Below are positions 10,613-21,003 of a stretch of DNA of 54,493 nt, piece by piece. Source of the stretch: an uncultured virus (IMG/VR IMGVR_UViG_3300034095_001964) (Duplodnaviria > Heunggongvirae > Uroviricota > Caudoviricetes); IMG/VR virus record IMGVR_UViG_3300034095_001964; one strand, 5' to 3'. The notes under the pieces are model-generated. The model was not told the origin of the DNA and did no database searches. It saw only the letters and a program-made list of their open reading frames with translations. Position 1 is the stretch's first letter; every line of letters begins with the position of its first letter. The translations under genes were made by a program, and so were the position numbers.

Positions 10613-10640
10613 ATTGTAACAGGTTTTGCAAACTTGTAAA
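10613..10640 (-). promoter_or_regulatory. Antisense sigma70-like promoter
   Basis: Minus strand TTTACA-16-TACAAT in the gp16-gp17 gap. Confidence 0.5.
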
Positions 10641-10657
10641 GGATAAAAATATAATAT

Positions 10658-12253
10658 ATGTCAGCGCACCCCAATTCTTATAATGGCAATATGCAAGTTA
10701 AAGCGGATGGCGTGCAGCAAAACTTTACTTCATTTGAAATACAAGAATATCAGAAGTGCATGGCCGACCCGGTGTATTTCACCAAGACATATGTAAAAAT
10801 CATTCATGTAGACCATGGATTGGTGCCTTTTAAGTTGTATCCTTACCAAGAGAAAATGTTTAATCATTTTAATGACAATCGTTTCTCTATTGTTCTTGCG
10901 CCTCGGCAAGTTGGCAAAAGCGCAAGTGCCATTATATATCTCCTGTGGTATGCGCTGTTTCATAGCGAAAAGACAATTGCAATTTTAGCAAACAAAGGCG
11001 CAATAGCTAGAGATATGCTAGCGCGCATTACGCTTGCTTTAGAAAATGTGCCATTCTTTTTGCAGCCCGGGACAAAGGTGCTCAACAAAGGCTCAATTGT
11101 ATTTTCCAACAATTCAGAAATTTTAGCGGCAGCAACAAGTAGTAGTAGTATTCGAGGCAAATCGGTAGCACTTCTTATGTTGGACGAATTTGCATTTGTT
11201 GAAAATGCATCAGCCTTTTATACAGCTACCTATCCGGTAATTGTTAGCGGAAAAAATACCAAAGTAATTGTCACAAGCACGCCCAATGGAATTGGCAATA
11301 TGTTTCATAAATTGTGGGAAGGCGCTGTTCAAGGCACCAGCGATTACAAAGCGTTTCAGGTTGACTGGCGAGATGTTCCAGGACGAGACGAAGAATGGAA
11401 AAGGCAAACCATTGCCAACTCATCACAGCTGCAATTTGACCAGGAGTTTAACTGCGCTTTCTTGGGCAGTGGCAACACACTAATTGGCGCAAATGCACTG
11501 CTTGGCCTGCAAGGAGTTGAAGCAAACAAACAGCAATATGGTATAAAGTATTATGACGACCCGGTTGAAGCGCATGACTATATTATGACTGTTGATGTTA
11601 GCAAAGGCCGCGGCCAAGACTATAGCACATTTACTGTTTTTGATGTTAGCAGCATGCCATTTAAGACGGTGTGCACTTATCGTGATAATCTTATAAGTCC
11701 ATTGATATATCCAGAATTGATAGTTCGTGCCGCAAAGCAATACAACAATGCAATGCTTGTGATAGAAAACAATGATGTTGGGCAGGTGGTGTGTAATGCT
11801 GTATACTATGAATATGAATATGACAATATGTTTGTTTCAAGCAGCGTTAAGAGCAATGGTATTGGCGTGATAATGACCAAACGTGTAAAACGCATTGGCT
11901 GCAGCAATCTTAAAGATTTGATTGAAAATGGAAAGTTGCACATATGCGATATGGACACCATTGCAGAGCTAAGCAGCTTTGAGCCGCATGGAGAAAGTTA
12001 TGCTGCACGCGGTAGTGCACATGATGACATGGTTATGAATCTTGTGATGTTTGCATGGTTTGTTAGCACAGAAGCATTTGGCGGCATTAGCAATGTTGAT
12101 CTCAAACAATTGTTGTATAGCGAAAAGATACGCGAAATGGATGAAGACGTTCCATTGTTTGGCATCATAAATACATATGCATCTGATGCTCCGCCAAGCG
12201 CGCACTATTATGAAGAAGCGCTTGAACAAAATCGTGAATGGGCTGGCTTGTAA
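10658..12253 (+). CDS. gp17: Terminase large subunit gp17
   Basis: Walker A PRQVGKS, Walker B LDEFAF, TSTPNG, VDVSKGRGQDYS, HDDMVM. Confidence 0.97.
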   Translation: MSAHPNSYNGNMQVKADGVQQNFTSFEIQEYQKCMADPVYFTKTYVKIIHVDHGLVPFKLYPYQEKMFNHFNDNRFSIVLAPRQVGKSASAIIYLLWYALFHSEKTIAILANKGAIARDMLARITLALENVPFFLQPGTKVLNKGSIVFSNNSEILAAATSSSSIRGKSVALLMLDEFAFVENASAFYTATYPVIVSGKNTKVIVTSTPNGIGNMFHKLWEGAVQGTSDYKAFQVDWRDVPGRDEEWKRQTIANSSQLQFDQEFNCAFLGSGNTLIGANALLGLQGVEANKQQYGIKYYDDPVEAHDYIMTVDVSKGRGQDYSTFTVFDVSSMPFKTVCTYRDNLISPLIYPELIVRAAKQYNNAMLVIENNDVGQVVCNAVYYEYEYDNMFVSSSVKSNGIGVIMTKRVKRIGCSNLKDLIENGKLHICDMDTIAELSSFEPHGESYAARGSAHDDMVMNLVMFAWFVSTEAFGGISNVDLKQLLYSEKIREMDEDVPLFGIINTYASDAPPSAHYYEEALEQNREWAGL

Positions 12254-12264
12254 ATCACTCATTT

Positions 12265-12272
12265 TATAAATA
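12265..12272 (+). promoter_or_regulatory. T4-type late promoter for gp18
   Basis: TATAAATA upstream of the sheath gene. Confidence 0.8.
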
Positions 12273-12336
12273 GGATTATTGAAATACTTCTTATTATGAC
12301 AACTTATTATAACACAACAACTGAAAATAAAAAAAT

Positions 12337-14160
12337 ATGGCATTAACATCAGCTGGCGTCGAAATTAAAGAAATCGACCTGACAAACGTCGTACCTGCAC
12401 TTGCTACCAGCTTGGGCGGATACGCAGGATCATTCAACTGGGGACCTGCTGGGGTCCTGGTTAACGTAAGCTCTGAAAAAGATCTTATTAGGTTATTTGG
12501 CGCGCCAAATAATACAAACACATTGCAAACAGCAAGTTTTTTTACCGCAGCCAGTTTTCTAAAATATGGCAACAGTCTTAAAGTTTCACGTTCGGTTGAA
12601 GTAACCGATTATAATGCTGCCTCACCGTATTTGAGCGGAGCCAGTGCATATACTCCATATGCCGCAACGCTTATTAAAAACAAAGATGTGTTTGATGCTA
12701 TTATAGGTACAAATACTCTTAAAAGTGCAATTGTTGCGCGCTATGCTGGATCATTAGGCAATGCACTTAAAGTCGTCATTTGCCGTGCGTCTGCATTGGC
12801 GGCTGGAGGAACTGGTGTTACTCTTCGTACTGATGCTACGCTGTTTTCATATGCTCCAGGCACAAGTACTTTTGCAGCTGCCGTTAAAGCTGCAAATGCA
12901 AGTTTAACGTCAGCTAATATGGATGATGAAATTCACGTTGCGGTTATTGATAGTGACGGATCATTTACCGGTACTGCTGGTACCATCCTTGAAAAATATG
13001 AAGGTCTTTCAATCTTTACTGATGCAAAAACTGAAAACGGCGCGACCAATTACTATCGTGAAGTAATTAACCGTACTTCAAATTACATTTATATCAACAA
13101 ATTAAAAGATTGCCGTATTACAACTGGCAGCACTGGTGTAGTTGAAACTGAATTTGCTGTTACCGATGTGACTGCATTGAGCGTTGCTACAACTGCTTTA
13201 GGCACAAAGGCTGGAACGGGCGGTGTAACAATTACTTTAGCGTCTGGCACAAACGTTGCCATGACTGCCACTGGCATGATTGATGCATACAACATGTTTG
13301 CTGACTCACAAAGCGTTGACATTAGTTTGTTGTTTGGTGAAGTTCACAGCACAACAAGTGTTGCGCTTGTCAACGACGCTAAACTTTCAGCCATTGTGAA
13401 TGCTCGTAAAGATTGTGTTGGTTTCATAAGTGCTCCAATGAGCGTCGCGACAAAGACCATTGATAGCGAACGCCTCACTGAAATTACAACAAAGGTAGGC
13501 GATGCTGGTTGCCCAGTTAGCAGTTACATGGTAATGGATTCTTCGCCAGTTTACGTGTACAACAAGTATAATGACAACTATCTTTATATTCCCGCTTGCG
13601 GCCATGTCGCTGGCTTATGCGCAAATACTGATGCTGTTGCTGATGCATGGTTTAGTCCAGCCGGGTTTAACCGTGGACAATTGCAAGACGTAGTTAAACT
13701 TGCATACAATCCAAATCAGGCTGACCGTGATACCTTGTATAGCAAAGGTGTTAATCCGATTAGTGCATTTCCTGGGCAAGGCATCATATTGTATGGTGAT
13801 AAAACCCGTTTGGTAAAACCAAGTGCATTTGATCGCATCAACGTTCGTCGCCTATTCATTACACTTGAAAAGTCAATTGCTACCGCATCTAAATACCAGT
13901 TGTTTGAACAAAACGACGACTTTACGCGCGCAGCATTTAAGAATATGATTGAGCCATACTTGCGCGATGTTAAAGGCCGGCGTGGCATTACTGACTATCG
14001 CGTTGTATGCGACAGCACAAACAACACTGGTGCAGTGATTGACAGCAACTCATTTGTTGCCGACATTTATATCAAACCAACGCGTTCCATCAACTTCATT
14101 ACGCTTAACTTCATTGCTACGCGTACTGGCGTTGAGTTTAAAACAATCGTTGGCGCCTAA
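12337..14160 (+). CDS. gp18: Tail sheath protein gp18
   Basis: SAGVEIKEIDLT, FNWGP, WFSPAGFNRG, AFDRINVRRLF, IKPTRSINFITLNF. Confidence 0.97.
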   Translation: MALTSAGVEIKEIDLTNVVPALATSLGGYAGSFNWGPAGVLVNVSSEKDLIRLFGAPNNTNTLQTASFFTAASFLKYGNSLKVSRSVEVTDYNAASPYLSGASAYTPYAATLIKNKDVFDAIIGTNTLKSAIVARYAGSLGNALKVVICRASALAAGGTGVTLRTDATLFSYAPGTSTFAAAVKAANASLTSANMDDEIHVAVIDSDGSFTGTAGTILEKYEGLSIFTDAKTENGATNYYREVINRTSNYIYINKLKDCRITTGSTGVVETEFAVTDVTALSVATTALGTKAGTGGVTITLASGTNVAMTATGMIDAYNMFADSQSVDISLLFGEVHSTTSVALVNDAKLSAIVNARKDCVGFISAPMSVATKTIDSERLTEITTKVGDAGCPVSSYMVMDSSPVYVYNKYNDNYLYIPACGHVAGLCANTDAVADAWFSPAGFNRGQLQDVVKLAYNPNQADRDTLYSKGVNPISAFPGQGIILYGDKTRLVKPSAFDRINVRRLFITLEKSIATASKYQLFEQNDDFTRAAFKNMIEPYLRDVKGRRGITDYRVVCDSTNNTGAVIDSNSFVADIYIKPTRSINFITLNFIATRTGVEFKTIVGA

Positions 14161-14168
14161 TATAAATA
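14161..14168 (+). promoter_or_regulatory. T4-type late promoter for gp19
   Basis: TATAAATA. Confidence 0.8.
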
Positions 14169-14199
14169 AACCTATAACAATTTAACATAAAAAAATAAT

Positions 14200-14736
14200 A
14201 TGGCTGGAATCGAAGATTTTAAATCAAAACTAACAGGAGGCGGCGCACGGCCAAACTTGTTCCGAGTGACATTGGCATGGCCTGGAGCATCTAGTAATGA
14301 TCAAGAAAAGGCAAGCTTCCTGATTAAAGGTGCAGCATTGCCATCAAGCGTAATTGGAACAATCCCGTTAAAATTTCGCGGGCGTGAATTGAAAATTGCG
14401 GGCGATCGCACGTTTGAAACATGGAGCATTACTGTTATCAATGATAACAATATGACCATTCGCACTGCATTTGAAAATTGGATGAATCTCATCAATGCAC
14501 ATAGCGCAAACGTATCGGCATACGTTGGTGCTCAATCATTGGGATATATGGCACAAATGCAAGTTCAACAACTTGACCGGGCAGAAAACGTATTGAAAGA
14601 ATATACATTTATTGATGCATATCCAATTAATATTCAAGCAATTGAATTGAGTTATGATACAACCGACGCCATTGAAGAGTTCACGGTTGAAATGAACTAT
14701 CAATACTGGTCTGATGCAGTCAACAACATTTTCTAA
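14200..14736 (+). CDS. gp19: Tail tube protein gp19
   Basis: GGGARPNLFRV, FRGRELKIAGDRTFETWSITVIND, IEEFTVEMNYQYW. Confidence 0.97.
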   Translation: MAGIEDFKSKLTGGGARPNLFRVTLAWPGASSNDQEKASFLIKGAALPSSVIGTIPLKFRGRELKIAGDRTFETWSITVINDNNMTIRTAFENWMNLINAHSANVSAYVGAQSLGYMAQMQVQQLDRAENVLKEYTFIDAYPINIQAIELSYDTTDAIEEFTVEMNYQYWSDAVNNIF

Positions 14737-14755
14737 ACCTTAGAAGTGTTTACCT

Positions 14756-14793
14756 GAGCAGGAGCATGAAAAAATCGTGCTCCTGCTTTTCTT
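14756..14793 (+). terminator. Intrinsic terminator after gp19
   Basis: GAGCAGGAGCATGA-AAAAA-TCGTGCTCCTGCTT followed by TTCTT. Confidence 0.75.
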
Positions 14794-14806
14794 ATATATA
14801 AAACAT

Positions 14807-16438
14807 ATGAAGATATTTGGATTTGAAATAACCAAGCGGCTTGGCAAAGAAGCAGACAATAGCACTGCAGCTGCGCAAAGCTTTGCATTGCCAGTTGACA
14901 ATGATGGTGCAGCATATGTTAGTGCCGCAAGTAGTGCTGCTGGTTATTATGGGCAAATTCTCGATATTGATGGTGGCAGTCTAAACAATGAAAAAGATCT
15001 TATCTTGCGTTACCGTGCAAGCGCAGTTCAACCGGAATGCGACGCTGCAATTGGAGAAATTGTAAATGGCGCAATTGTAAGTGATAGCGATGGTGCGCCA
15101 GTTTCTCTTATTCTTGACCAGGTTGATCTCGCGGACAGCATAAAGAAAAAGATTCATGAAGAATTTGCACGTGTGCTGCGGCTCCTGTCATTTAACAGTA
15201 CGGGTTATGACCTGTTTCGCCGTTGGTATATTGATGGCCGTTTGTATTTCTATTTGATTATAGATCCCAACAAGCCAAAAGAAGGTATTAAAGAGATTCA
15301 ACAAATTGATCCACTAAAGATTAAAAAGATTAAAGAAGTTAGCACGCGCATTGACAGAGTAACTGGAATAAAAACCAGTGAAATTACTGATGAGTATTTT
15401 ATGTATACCGACGATTTTAATAGCAACTCTGGTGTGAGCGGCTTAAAGATTGACACAAATGCTATTGTGTATGTACCAAGCGGCGTGCTTGATGAGAATG
15501 GTAAAGTTAGTATTAGCCATCTGCACAAAGCCGTAAAGCTGGTGAATCAGCTGCGCATGATGGAAGACGCATTGGTAATTTATCGTATTGCACGTGCGCC
15601 TGAGCGCCGTATTTTCTACATTGATACTGGCAACTTGCCCAAAGGTAAAGCCGAAGAATATGTGCAAGGCATTATGGCCAAGTACCGCAACAAGCTGATG
15701 TATGATGCCAATACCGGTGAGATACGCGATGATCGCAAGACCATGAGCATGCTTGAAGACTTTTGGCTGCCGCGTCGTGAAGGCGGGCGAGGCACGGAAA
15801 TTACCACACTGCCTGGTGGTGACAATCTTAGTCAAATTGAAGATGTTATTTATTTTAAAAAGAACTTGTACAAAGCGCTAAATGTTCCTTCAACACGTCT
15901 TGAAAGTGACAGCATGTTTAGTGTTGGGCGCAGTACTGAAATTAGTCGTGAAGAAGTTAAATTTCAAAAGTTTATTAATCGCCTGCGCCGCAAATTCTCT
16001 ACACTATTCATTGACGTTTTGCGCGTACAGCTGATACTCAAAGGCGTTATTACAGCGGATGATTGGGAGTCTATTCGTGAAACTTGTAGTGTTGACTATA
16101 TAGAAGACAACTTCTTTAGCGAACTTAAAGACTTTGAAATTATGAAAGAACGCATTGGTATGTTGGACACCATCAGTGGCCAAATTGGCAAATACTATAG
16201 TGAAAAATGGGTTCGTTCAAACGTCCTAAATCAAAGTGATGAAGATGTAGAAAGAATGGACGAACAAATTAAACAGGAAGCCGCTCAAGCCGAATCGAGT
16301 TTGCCGGACGACAATGCTGACACAACCGAGTTTGCAAATACTCAGGAAGACACACATATAGATAATACTCATAAGGAAGAAATTCATGAAGCTCAATTAA
16401 AAATGATTGAAAGCATGACTAAAATTCTAGAAGAATAG
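14807..16438 (+). CDS. gp20: Portal protein gp20
   Basis: KIFGFEI, RWYIDGR, MMEDALVIYRIARAPERRIFYIDTGNLPK, EDFWLPRREGGRGTEITTLPGG; start at ATG 14807. Confidence 0.97.
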   Translation: MKIFGFEITKRLGKEADNSTAAAQSFALPVDNDGAAYVSAASSAAGYYGQILDIDGGSLNNEKDLILRYRASAVQPECDAAIGEIVNGAIVSDSDGAPVSLILDQVDLADSIKKKIHEEFARVLRLLSFNSTGYDLFRRWYIDGRLYFYLIIDPNKPKEGIKEIQQIDPLKIKKIKEVSTRIDRVTGIKTSEITDEYFMYTDDFNSNSGVSGLKIDTNAIVYVPSGVLDENGKVSISHLHKAVKLVNQLRMMEDALVIYRIARAPERRIFYIDTGNLPKGKAEEYVQGIMAKYRNKLMYDANTGEIRDDRKTMSMLEDFWLPRREGGRGTEITTLPGGDNLSQIEDVIYFKKNLYKALNVPSTRLESDSMFSVGRSTEISREEVKFQKFINRLRRKFSTLFIDVLRVQLILKGVITADDWESIRETCSVDYIEDNFFSELKDFEIMKERIGMLDTISGQIGKYYSEKWVRSNVLNQSDEDVERMDEQIKQEAAQAESSLPDDNADTTEFANTQEDTHIDNTHKEEIHEAQLKMIESMTKILEE

Positions 16439-16442
16439 CAAT

Positions 16443-19400
16443 ATGTATGACGCCAATAATGTATTACCCGTTGCACTATATAAGAAACTACAAAAACAAT
16501 TAGAACCAATTGTAGAAAAACTCAATGCTCTTGAGCATGATACTCGTATAATTGAATCTACGCCGGGCCCTAAAGGAGCACAAGGTAATAAAGGTGAGCC
16601 TGGCCTTACTGGTAAAGCGGGCCTGCAAGGCGAGCGCGGCGCGCAAGGAAAGCAAGGCCTTCAAGGTGAACGCGGCACGCAAGGAAAGCAAGGCGAAACT
16701 GGTGAACGCGGCACGCAAGGAATTCAAGGGTTGGCTGGAGAACGCGGTGAACAAGGCCAATCAGGCACGCAAGGAATTCAAGGCAAAACTGGTGAAAGCG
16801 GCACGCAAGGAATTAAAGGTGAAACTGGTGAACGCGGCACGCAAGGCCTTCAAGGCGAAACTGGTCCTCAAGGAATTGATGGTTTGTCTGGCGAAACTGG
16901 TGATCGCGGCGAGCAAGGCCTTCAAGGCGAAACTGGTCCTCAAGGAATTCAAGGAGAGTGTGGCCCAAAGGGTTTGTCTGGTGAACGCGGCGAGCAAGGA
17001 TTAAGCGGTCCTCAAGGCAAAACTGGTGAAAGCGGCACGCAAGGAATTAAAGGTGAAACTGGTGAACGCGGCACGCAAGGCCTTCAAGGTGAGCAAGGAT
17101 TAAGCGGTCCTCAAGGCAAAACTGGTGAACGTGGCGAGCGAGGAATTCAAGGTGAAACTGGGTCGGCTGGCAAAGATGCACTGCTGCCTGACATTAATGA
17201 TATTGTTGAGCCATTTATAACCAAGACTCAAACTGATATCAATAGTTATATTGATAAGTCAGAAAAAACTTTTAAAAGTTGGCAAACAATTGTAAACAAC
17301 CAACTGTCTAGCATTGGTGGCGGAGGCGAAGTATGGCTTCGTCATTTAAATGATGTTGATCGTACAAGTACACGAGTTGATGGCGCATATCTTAAATATA
17401 ATGCGGCTACAAAAAAATGGATCGGCGCGGTGGGCGGTGGCTCGAGCGGTGTTCAGACAATCACATTAACTGGCGATGTCACGGGAACTGGAACCGCATC
17501 ATTTGTTACTACACTAAAGAATGTAGGCGCGGCTGGTACATATAATAACAGCGCAACAAGTGTAACTCCGTTTACCACGGATGCACAAGGAAGAATTAGT
17601 AGCACAGGCACAGCGGTCACAATCACGCCGGCTTGGACTAATATTAGCAATACGCCAACAACCGTTAGCGGATATGGTATAACCGATGCTGTTAAAACAG
17701 CTGGCGATCAAAGCATAGATGGTGTTAAGACATTTAATGCTAGTCCATTGATTCCTAATTTAACTACAAGTTCAGTATCAACCAGTGCCGTCAATAAAGC
17801 ATACGTCGATGACGTTGCTACAGGTATTCATGTTCACACCGAAGCGCACGTAATACTTAAAACTGCAACATTAGCAACCGCGACAGGAGGCACAGTCGCA
17901 TATACAAATGGCATAGCTGGAGTAGGAGCAAAACTTACTGTTACGGGTGGCTCTACAATTATAGACGCGCTCAATGCAACTGGCGGCGTTGATGCTGACT
18001 TGACAAGCGGCGTTAATGGTTCGCGTATTGTAGTTGCGGCTGAAACCAATGCTGCTCATAATGGAATCTATACCATAAGTGCAGACCGTGAATTGACGCG
18101 CGCAACTGACTTTGATACACCAGACAAAATAAGTGGCGGCGACTTTGTGTTTGTTACGCACGGCACTAGCTATGCAGATACTGGTTGGATATGCAGCGAA
18201 CCGGTTTCCATTGTTGGTACAAGTCCAGTCATCTTTTTACAGTTTAGCGGAAGCGGAACTTATGATGTTGGCACAGGATTGACGCGCACTGGCACTGTGT
18301 TTAGCATAACCAATACTGGTGTCAACGCAACATCTACCACCTATGGCAGCAGCACAAGTATTCCTGTTCTAACCGTTAATCCTCAAGGTCAAATTACAAG
18401 TGTAACTCCTACGGCTGTTGCAAGTGATAGTGCAAAAGCAAATTTAACTGGTGCGGCATTTACAGGAGCAGTATCATCAACTGGTAATATTACTGGTGCC
18501 AACTTGGTATACAAGGGCGGCAATACTGATGCAGCTGCATTGACCGTTGGTACAACCGATGCCAATTCGCTTTCGCTTATTACCAATAACTCTGCTAAGA
18601 TGACACTTCTTAGCAACGGGAATGTTGGCATTGGTACAACATCTCCAGCAAATGCTCTGCATGTTGCTTCATCTAGTGGTATTAGGATTGATGCTGGCTC
18701 GCCCACTGGTGCGTTAAACGTTGGAGCAGATGTCAATGCAACTACAAGAACACCTAACGTAAGAAAACTTGCGTCTTTTGTAGCTCCCGAATATACAAAC
18801 GCCAGAAGTATCGAGTTTTTCAACTTTGATAGCGGAGGTTCCAGCAGTGCAACTGTTTCTTTTGGTGGTCGTTCTGGTGGTTCACAATACGCTGCAACAG
18901 AACTTAACTTTATAACCGCCGCTAACACATCAACCACTGGCGGAACTGTGGCGATGACTGTTGATTCATCACAGAGAGTAGGCATTGGCACAACATCTCC
19001 TTCCGCAAAAATACATTCCCTAGCTACAACAGAACAATTACGTGTAGGTTATGATGCTTCCAACTATGCAAGCACCACGGTCAGTAGTGCAGGTTTAGTT
19101 ACGTTGAATGCTGTTGGAGCGAGTGCTGGGTTTGCTCTGGCAAACCCTGTCACTGCTACGGCGCAACCCGCCCTGAGTGCGCTGTCGGATACTCACGTAA
19201 TGACTAGGGCGTTGTGTGATAATTACCTGATAGACCCCGACTACATCTTGGTCAGGGATGATTTTCTGGGTGTTTTTGATGCTCAAAACCCTTTTGGGAC
19301 GATGCCTTGGGCTTGGACAACCGCGAACGGAGCGGGAACCATAAGACCACAGGGAAACAGTGCTAACGTGAATTTTGGAGTAGCGGCGGCAGTGACTACC

Positions 19401-20096
19401 GCTGCATATCGTTCATCCGTTATAGTTAGGGCAGATGCCAGCAATACCGTGGGTGGCGGTGGATTTCAAGTAGTAGCCCTGCAAAATTCCTATACGTCCA
19501 TCCTGTTCAGGTTCCAAATCACTTCCCTAAGTTGCACCATAAACATCGGGATTGGTGGTTATGCCGACATAATCAGAACGAGTAGGTTCATCGGACTACG
19601 CTATGCCCCAGTATCTACGACTCGGACTGCCAACAATGTTGTAACCCTGAATGAATGGAGAGAGCCAACTGTCTCCAATGGTAGGAGGTATTACGCATCC
19701 ACTGGAGGAACCACCCACGCAGCAACGGAACCAGTTTGGCCCACCACAAACGGCGGAACTATCGCTGATGGAACCGTTGTATGGACGGAAGGAGGTGAGA
19801 GTGGTAATGCTAATTTACACCTTGCTGCATGGGCCAGCACCGATCAAGCACTGGGCAACTATACTGATACTGGGGTAGTTGCCGCCGCGAATACTTGGTA
19901 TAAGGGGTCTTTGCGTTGGGTGTCTGGATCAATATGGGCATTGAGCATAAACGGCGGGGCTGAAGTGCAGGTAACATCGCCTATTGGCGCTGGTGCACCT
20001 GGCGTATTCCTCTTCAATATCGAAAACACCAACAATGTATCAAACCAGTTGAACATGGACTACTACAACGCCTTTTCAAGAATCACCAGACCTTAA
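16443..20096 (+). CDS. Collagen-containing fibre protein
   Basis: 68 Gly-X-Y triplets, then GGGGEVWLRHLNDVD, fibre repeats (GNVGIGTTSP) and a C-terminal putative carbohydrate-binding region (EPVWPTTNGGTIADGTVVW). Confidence 0.8.
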   Translation: MYDANNVLPVALYKKLQKQLEPIVEKLNALEHDTRIIESTPGPKGAQGNKGEPGLTGKAGLQGERGAQGKQGLQGERGTQGKQGETGERGTQGIQGLAGERGEQGQSGTQGIQGKTGESGTQGIKGETGERGTQGLQGETGPQGIDGLSGETGDRGEQGLQGETGPQGIQGECGPKGLSGERGEQGLSGPQGKTGESGTQGIKGETGERGTQGLQGEQGLSGPQGKTGERGERGIQGETGSAGKDALLPDINDIVEPFITKTQTDINSYIDKSEKTFKSWQTIVNNQLSSIGGGGEVWLRHLNDVDRTSTRVDGAYLKYNAATKKWIGAVGGGSSGVQTITLTGDVTGTGTASFVTTLKNVGAAGTYNNSATSVTPFTTDAQGRISSTGTAVTITPAWTNISNTPTTVSGYGITDAVKTAGDQSIDGVKTFNASPLIPNLTTSSVSTSAVNKAYVDDVATGIHVHTEAHVILKTATLATATGGTVAYTNGIAGVGAKLTVTGGSTIIDALNATGGVDADLTSGVNGSRIVVAAETNAAHNGIYTISADRELTRATDFDTPDKISGGDFVFVTHGTSYADTGWICSEPVSIVGTSPVIFLQFSGSGTYDVGTGLTRTGTVFSITNTGVNATSTTYGSSTSIPVLTVNPQGQITSVTPTAVASDSAKANLTGAAFTGAVSSTGNITGANLVYKGGNTDAAALTVGTTDANSLSLITNNSAKMTLLSNGNVGIGTTSPANALHVASSSGIRIDAGSPTGALNVGADVNATTRTPNVRKLASFVAPEYTNARSIEFFNFDSGGSSSATVSFGGRSGGSQYAATELNFITAANTSTTGGTVAMTVDSSQRVGIGTTSPSAKIHSLATTEQLRVGYDASNYASTTVSSAGLVTLNAVGASAGFALANPVTATAQPALSALSDTHVMTRALCDNYLIDPDYILVRDDFLGVFDAQNPFGTMPWAWTTANGAGTIRPQGNSANVNFGVAAAVTTAAYRSSVIVRADASNTVGGGGFQVVALQNSYTSILFRFQITSLSCTINIGIGGYADIIRTSRFIGLRYAPVSTTRTANNVVTLNEWREPTVSNGRRYYASTGGTTHAATEPVWPTTNGGTIADGTVVWTEGGESGNANLHLAAWASTDQALGNYTDTGVVAAANTWYKGSLRWVSGSIWALSINGGAEVQVTSPIGAGAPGVFLFNIENTNNVSNQLNMDYYNAFSRITRP
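16566..17177 (+). repeat. Collagen (Gly-X-Y)68 coding repeat with internal DNA duplications
   Basis: 612 nt of 9-nt-period repeats; a 78-nt exact duplication at 16778-16855 and 17012-17089. Confidence 0.9.
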
Positions 20097-20100
20097 CCTT

Positions 20101-20475
20101 ATGTATAACGTAATCAAAACAGAAGAAATGAAGGCTATTGAAGAAGTCAACGCCATGAACACTCATGCTGAAAATGCACTGAGACAACTACAATCGTTTA
20201 CACAACAAGCGTATGATGCTTTTTGGTATGGCGAAACAAGTCCAAGTCTAAAAGTAACATTACTTGGAACACAAGCAATTAAAGTGTTTACCGATTCGGC
20301 GGAAGCTCAAAGTTTTCTTGCCAGTAAAATTGATGGATATGCGCCACTAGGTGTTCCAACAGGATACAGCGTATCATTTGCGGAAGATGGCAGTGCTGAA
20401 ATTGTTTATACACCGCCAGTAATAGAGGAAACAATTGAAGAAACACAAAAAATAATAGACGAACTTAACGCCTAA
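20101..20475 (+). CDS. Fibre-associated hypothetical protein
   Basis: Follows the fibre gene; weak similarity to 1020..1382. Confidence 0.6.
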   Translation: MYNVIKTEEMKAIEEVNAMNTHAENALRQLQSFTQQAYDAFWYGETSPSLKVTLLGTQAIKVFTDSAEAQSFLASKIDGYAPLGVPTGYSVSFAEDGSAEIVYTPPVIEETIEETQKIIDELNA

Positions 20476-20503
20476 AAGAATCATTTGTATAAATAACTAC
20501 CGT

Positions 20504-20977
20504 ATGAGTAACATCAAAAATTTTATAAAAAGCATTGCAGCTGGCAATACTGCCACCAGTGCTTCTTCATTGCAGTCGCTAATCATTGATAAAGTCAAGA
20601 CTGTTCTTGACATCAAAAGAATCGAATTGAGTGCCAGCATTTATGACACTCCAAAAATCACTGAAAGCATTGTAACTGAGGCGCTTGAGAAAAACACAAA
20701 AAAGTTTGATTATGCAAAAGGTTTAGACCTTGAGCGTAAAGACACAAAGTTCCGCGAAGCACAAGGAGAAATCTATCGTGCGCTTGATGATGAAGACAAA
20801 CGTGCGCTTTCTCGCATTATTCAAATTGATACACGTGATGACGACGGCAAGCAATTTGAAAAAGAAATTCGCATGCTATATACAAAGCTGCTGAAAAAGT
20901 TTAAGAATGTTAGTGTATCTGATGGTGGTAATCCAAAGGTTTATGATGCACTAAACTATGTGCTTGATAAAATCTGA
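20504..20977 (+). CDS. Prohead core protein-like (gp67/gp68 position)
   Basis: NIKNFIKSIAAGN...IIDKVKTVLDIKRIELSASIY is a typical core N-terminus; lies between gp20 and gp21; TATAAATA at 20488-20495. Confidence 0.65.
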   Translation: MSNIKNFIKSIAAGNTATSASSLQSLIIDKVKTVLDIKRIELSASIYDTPKITESIVTEALEKNTKKFDYAKGLDLERKDTKFREAQGEIYRALDDEDKRALSRIIQIDTRDDDGKQFEKEIRMLYTKLLKKFKNVSVSDGGNPKVYDALNYVLDKI

Positions 20978-21003
20978 CTTTGTATAAATAAACTATTATC
21001 AAT

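Noticed and set aside
16566..17177. CRISPR-like array
   Set aside because: The repeats have codon periodicity encoding Gly-X-Y, with no unique spacers and no cas genes.
1..20096. Diversity-generating retroelement acting on fibre tips
   Set aside because: No reverse transcriptase and no adenine-variant template/variable repeat pair were seen.
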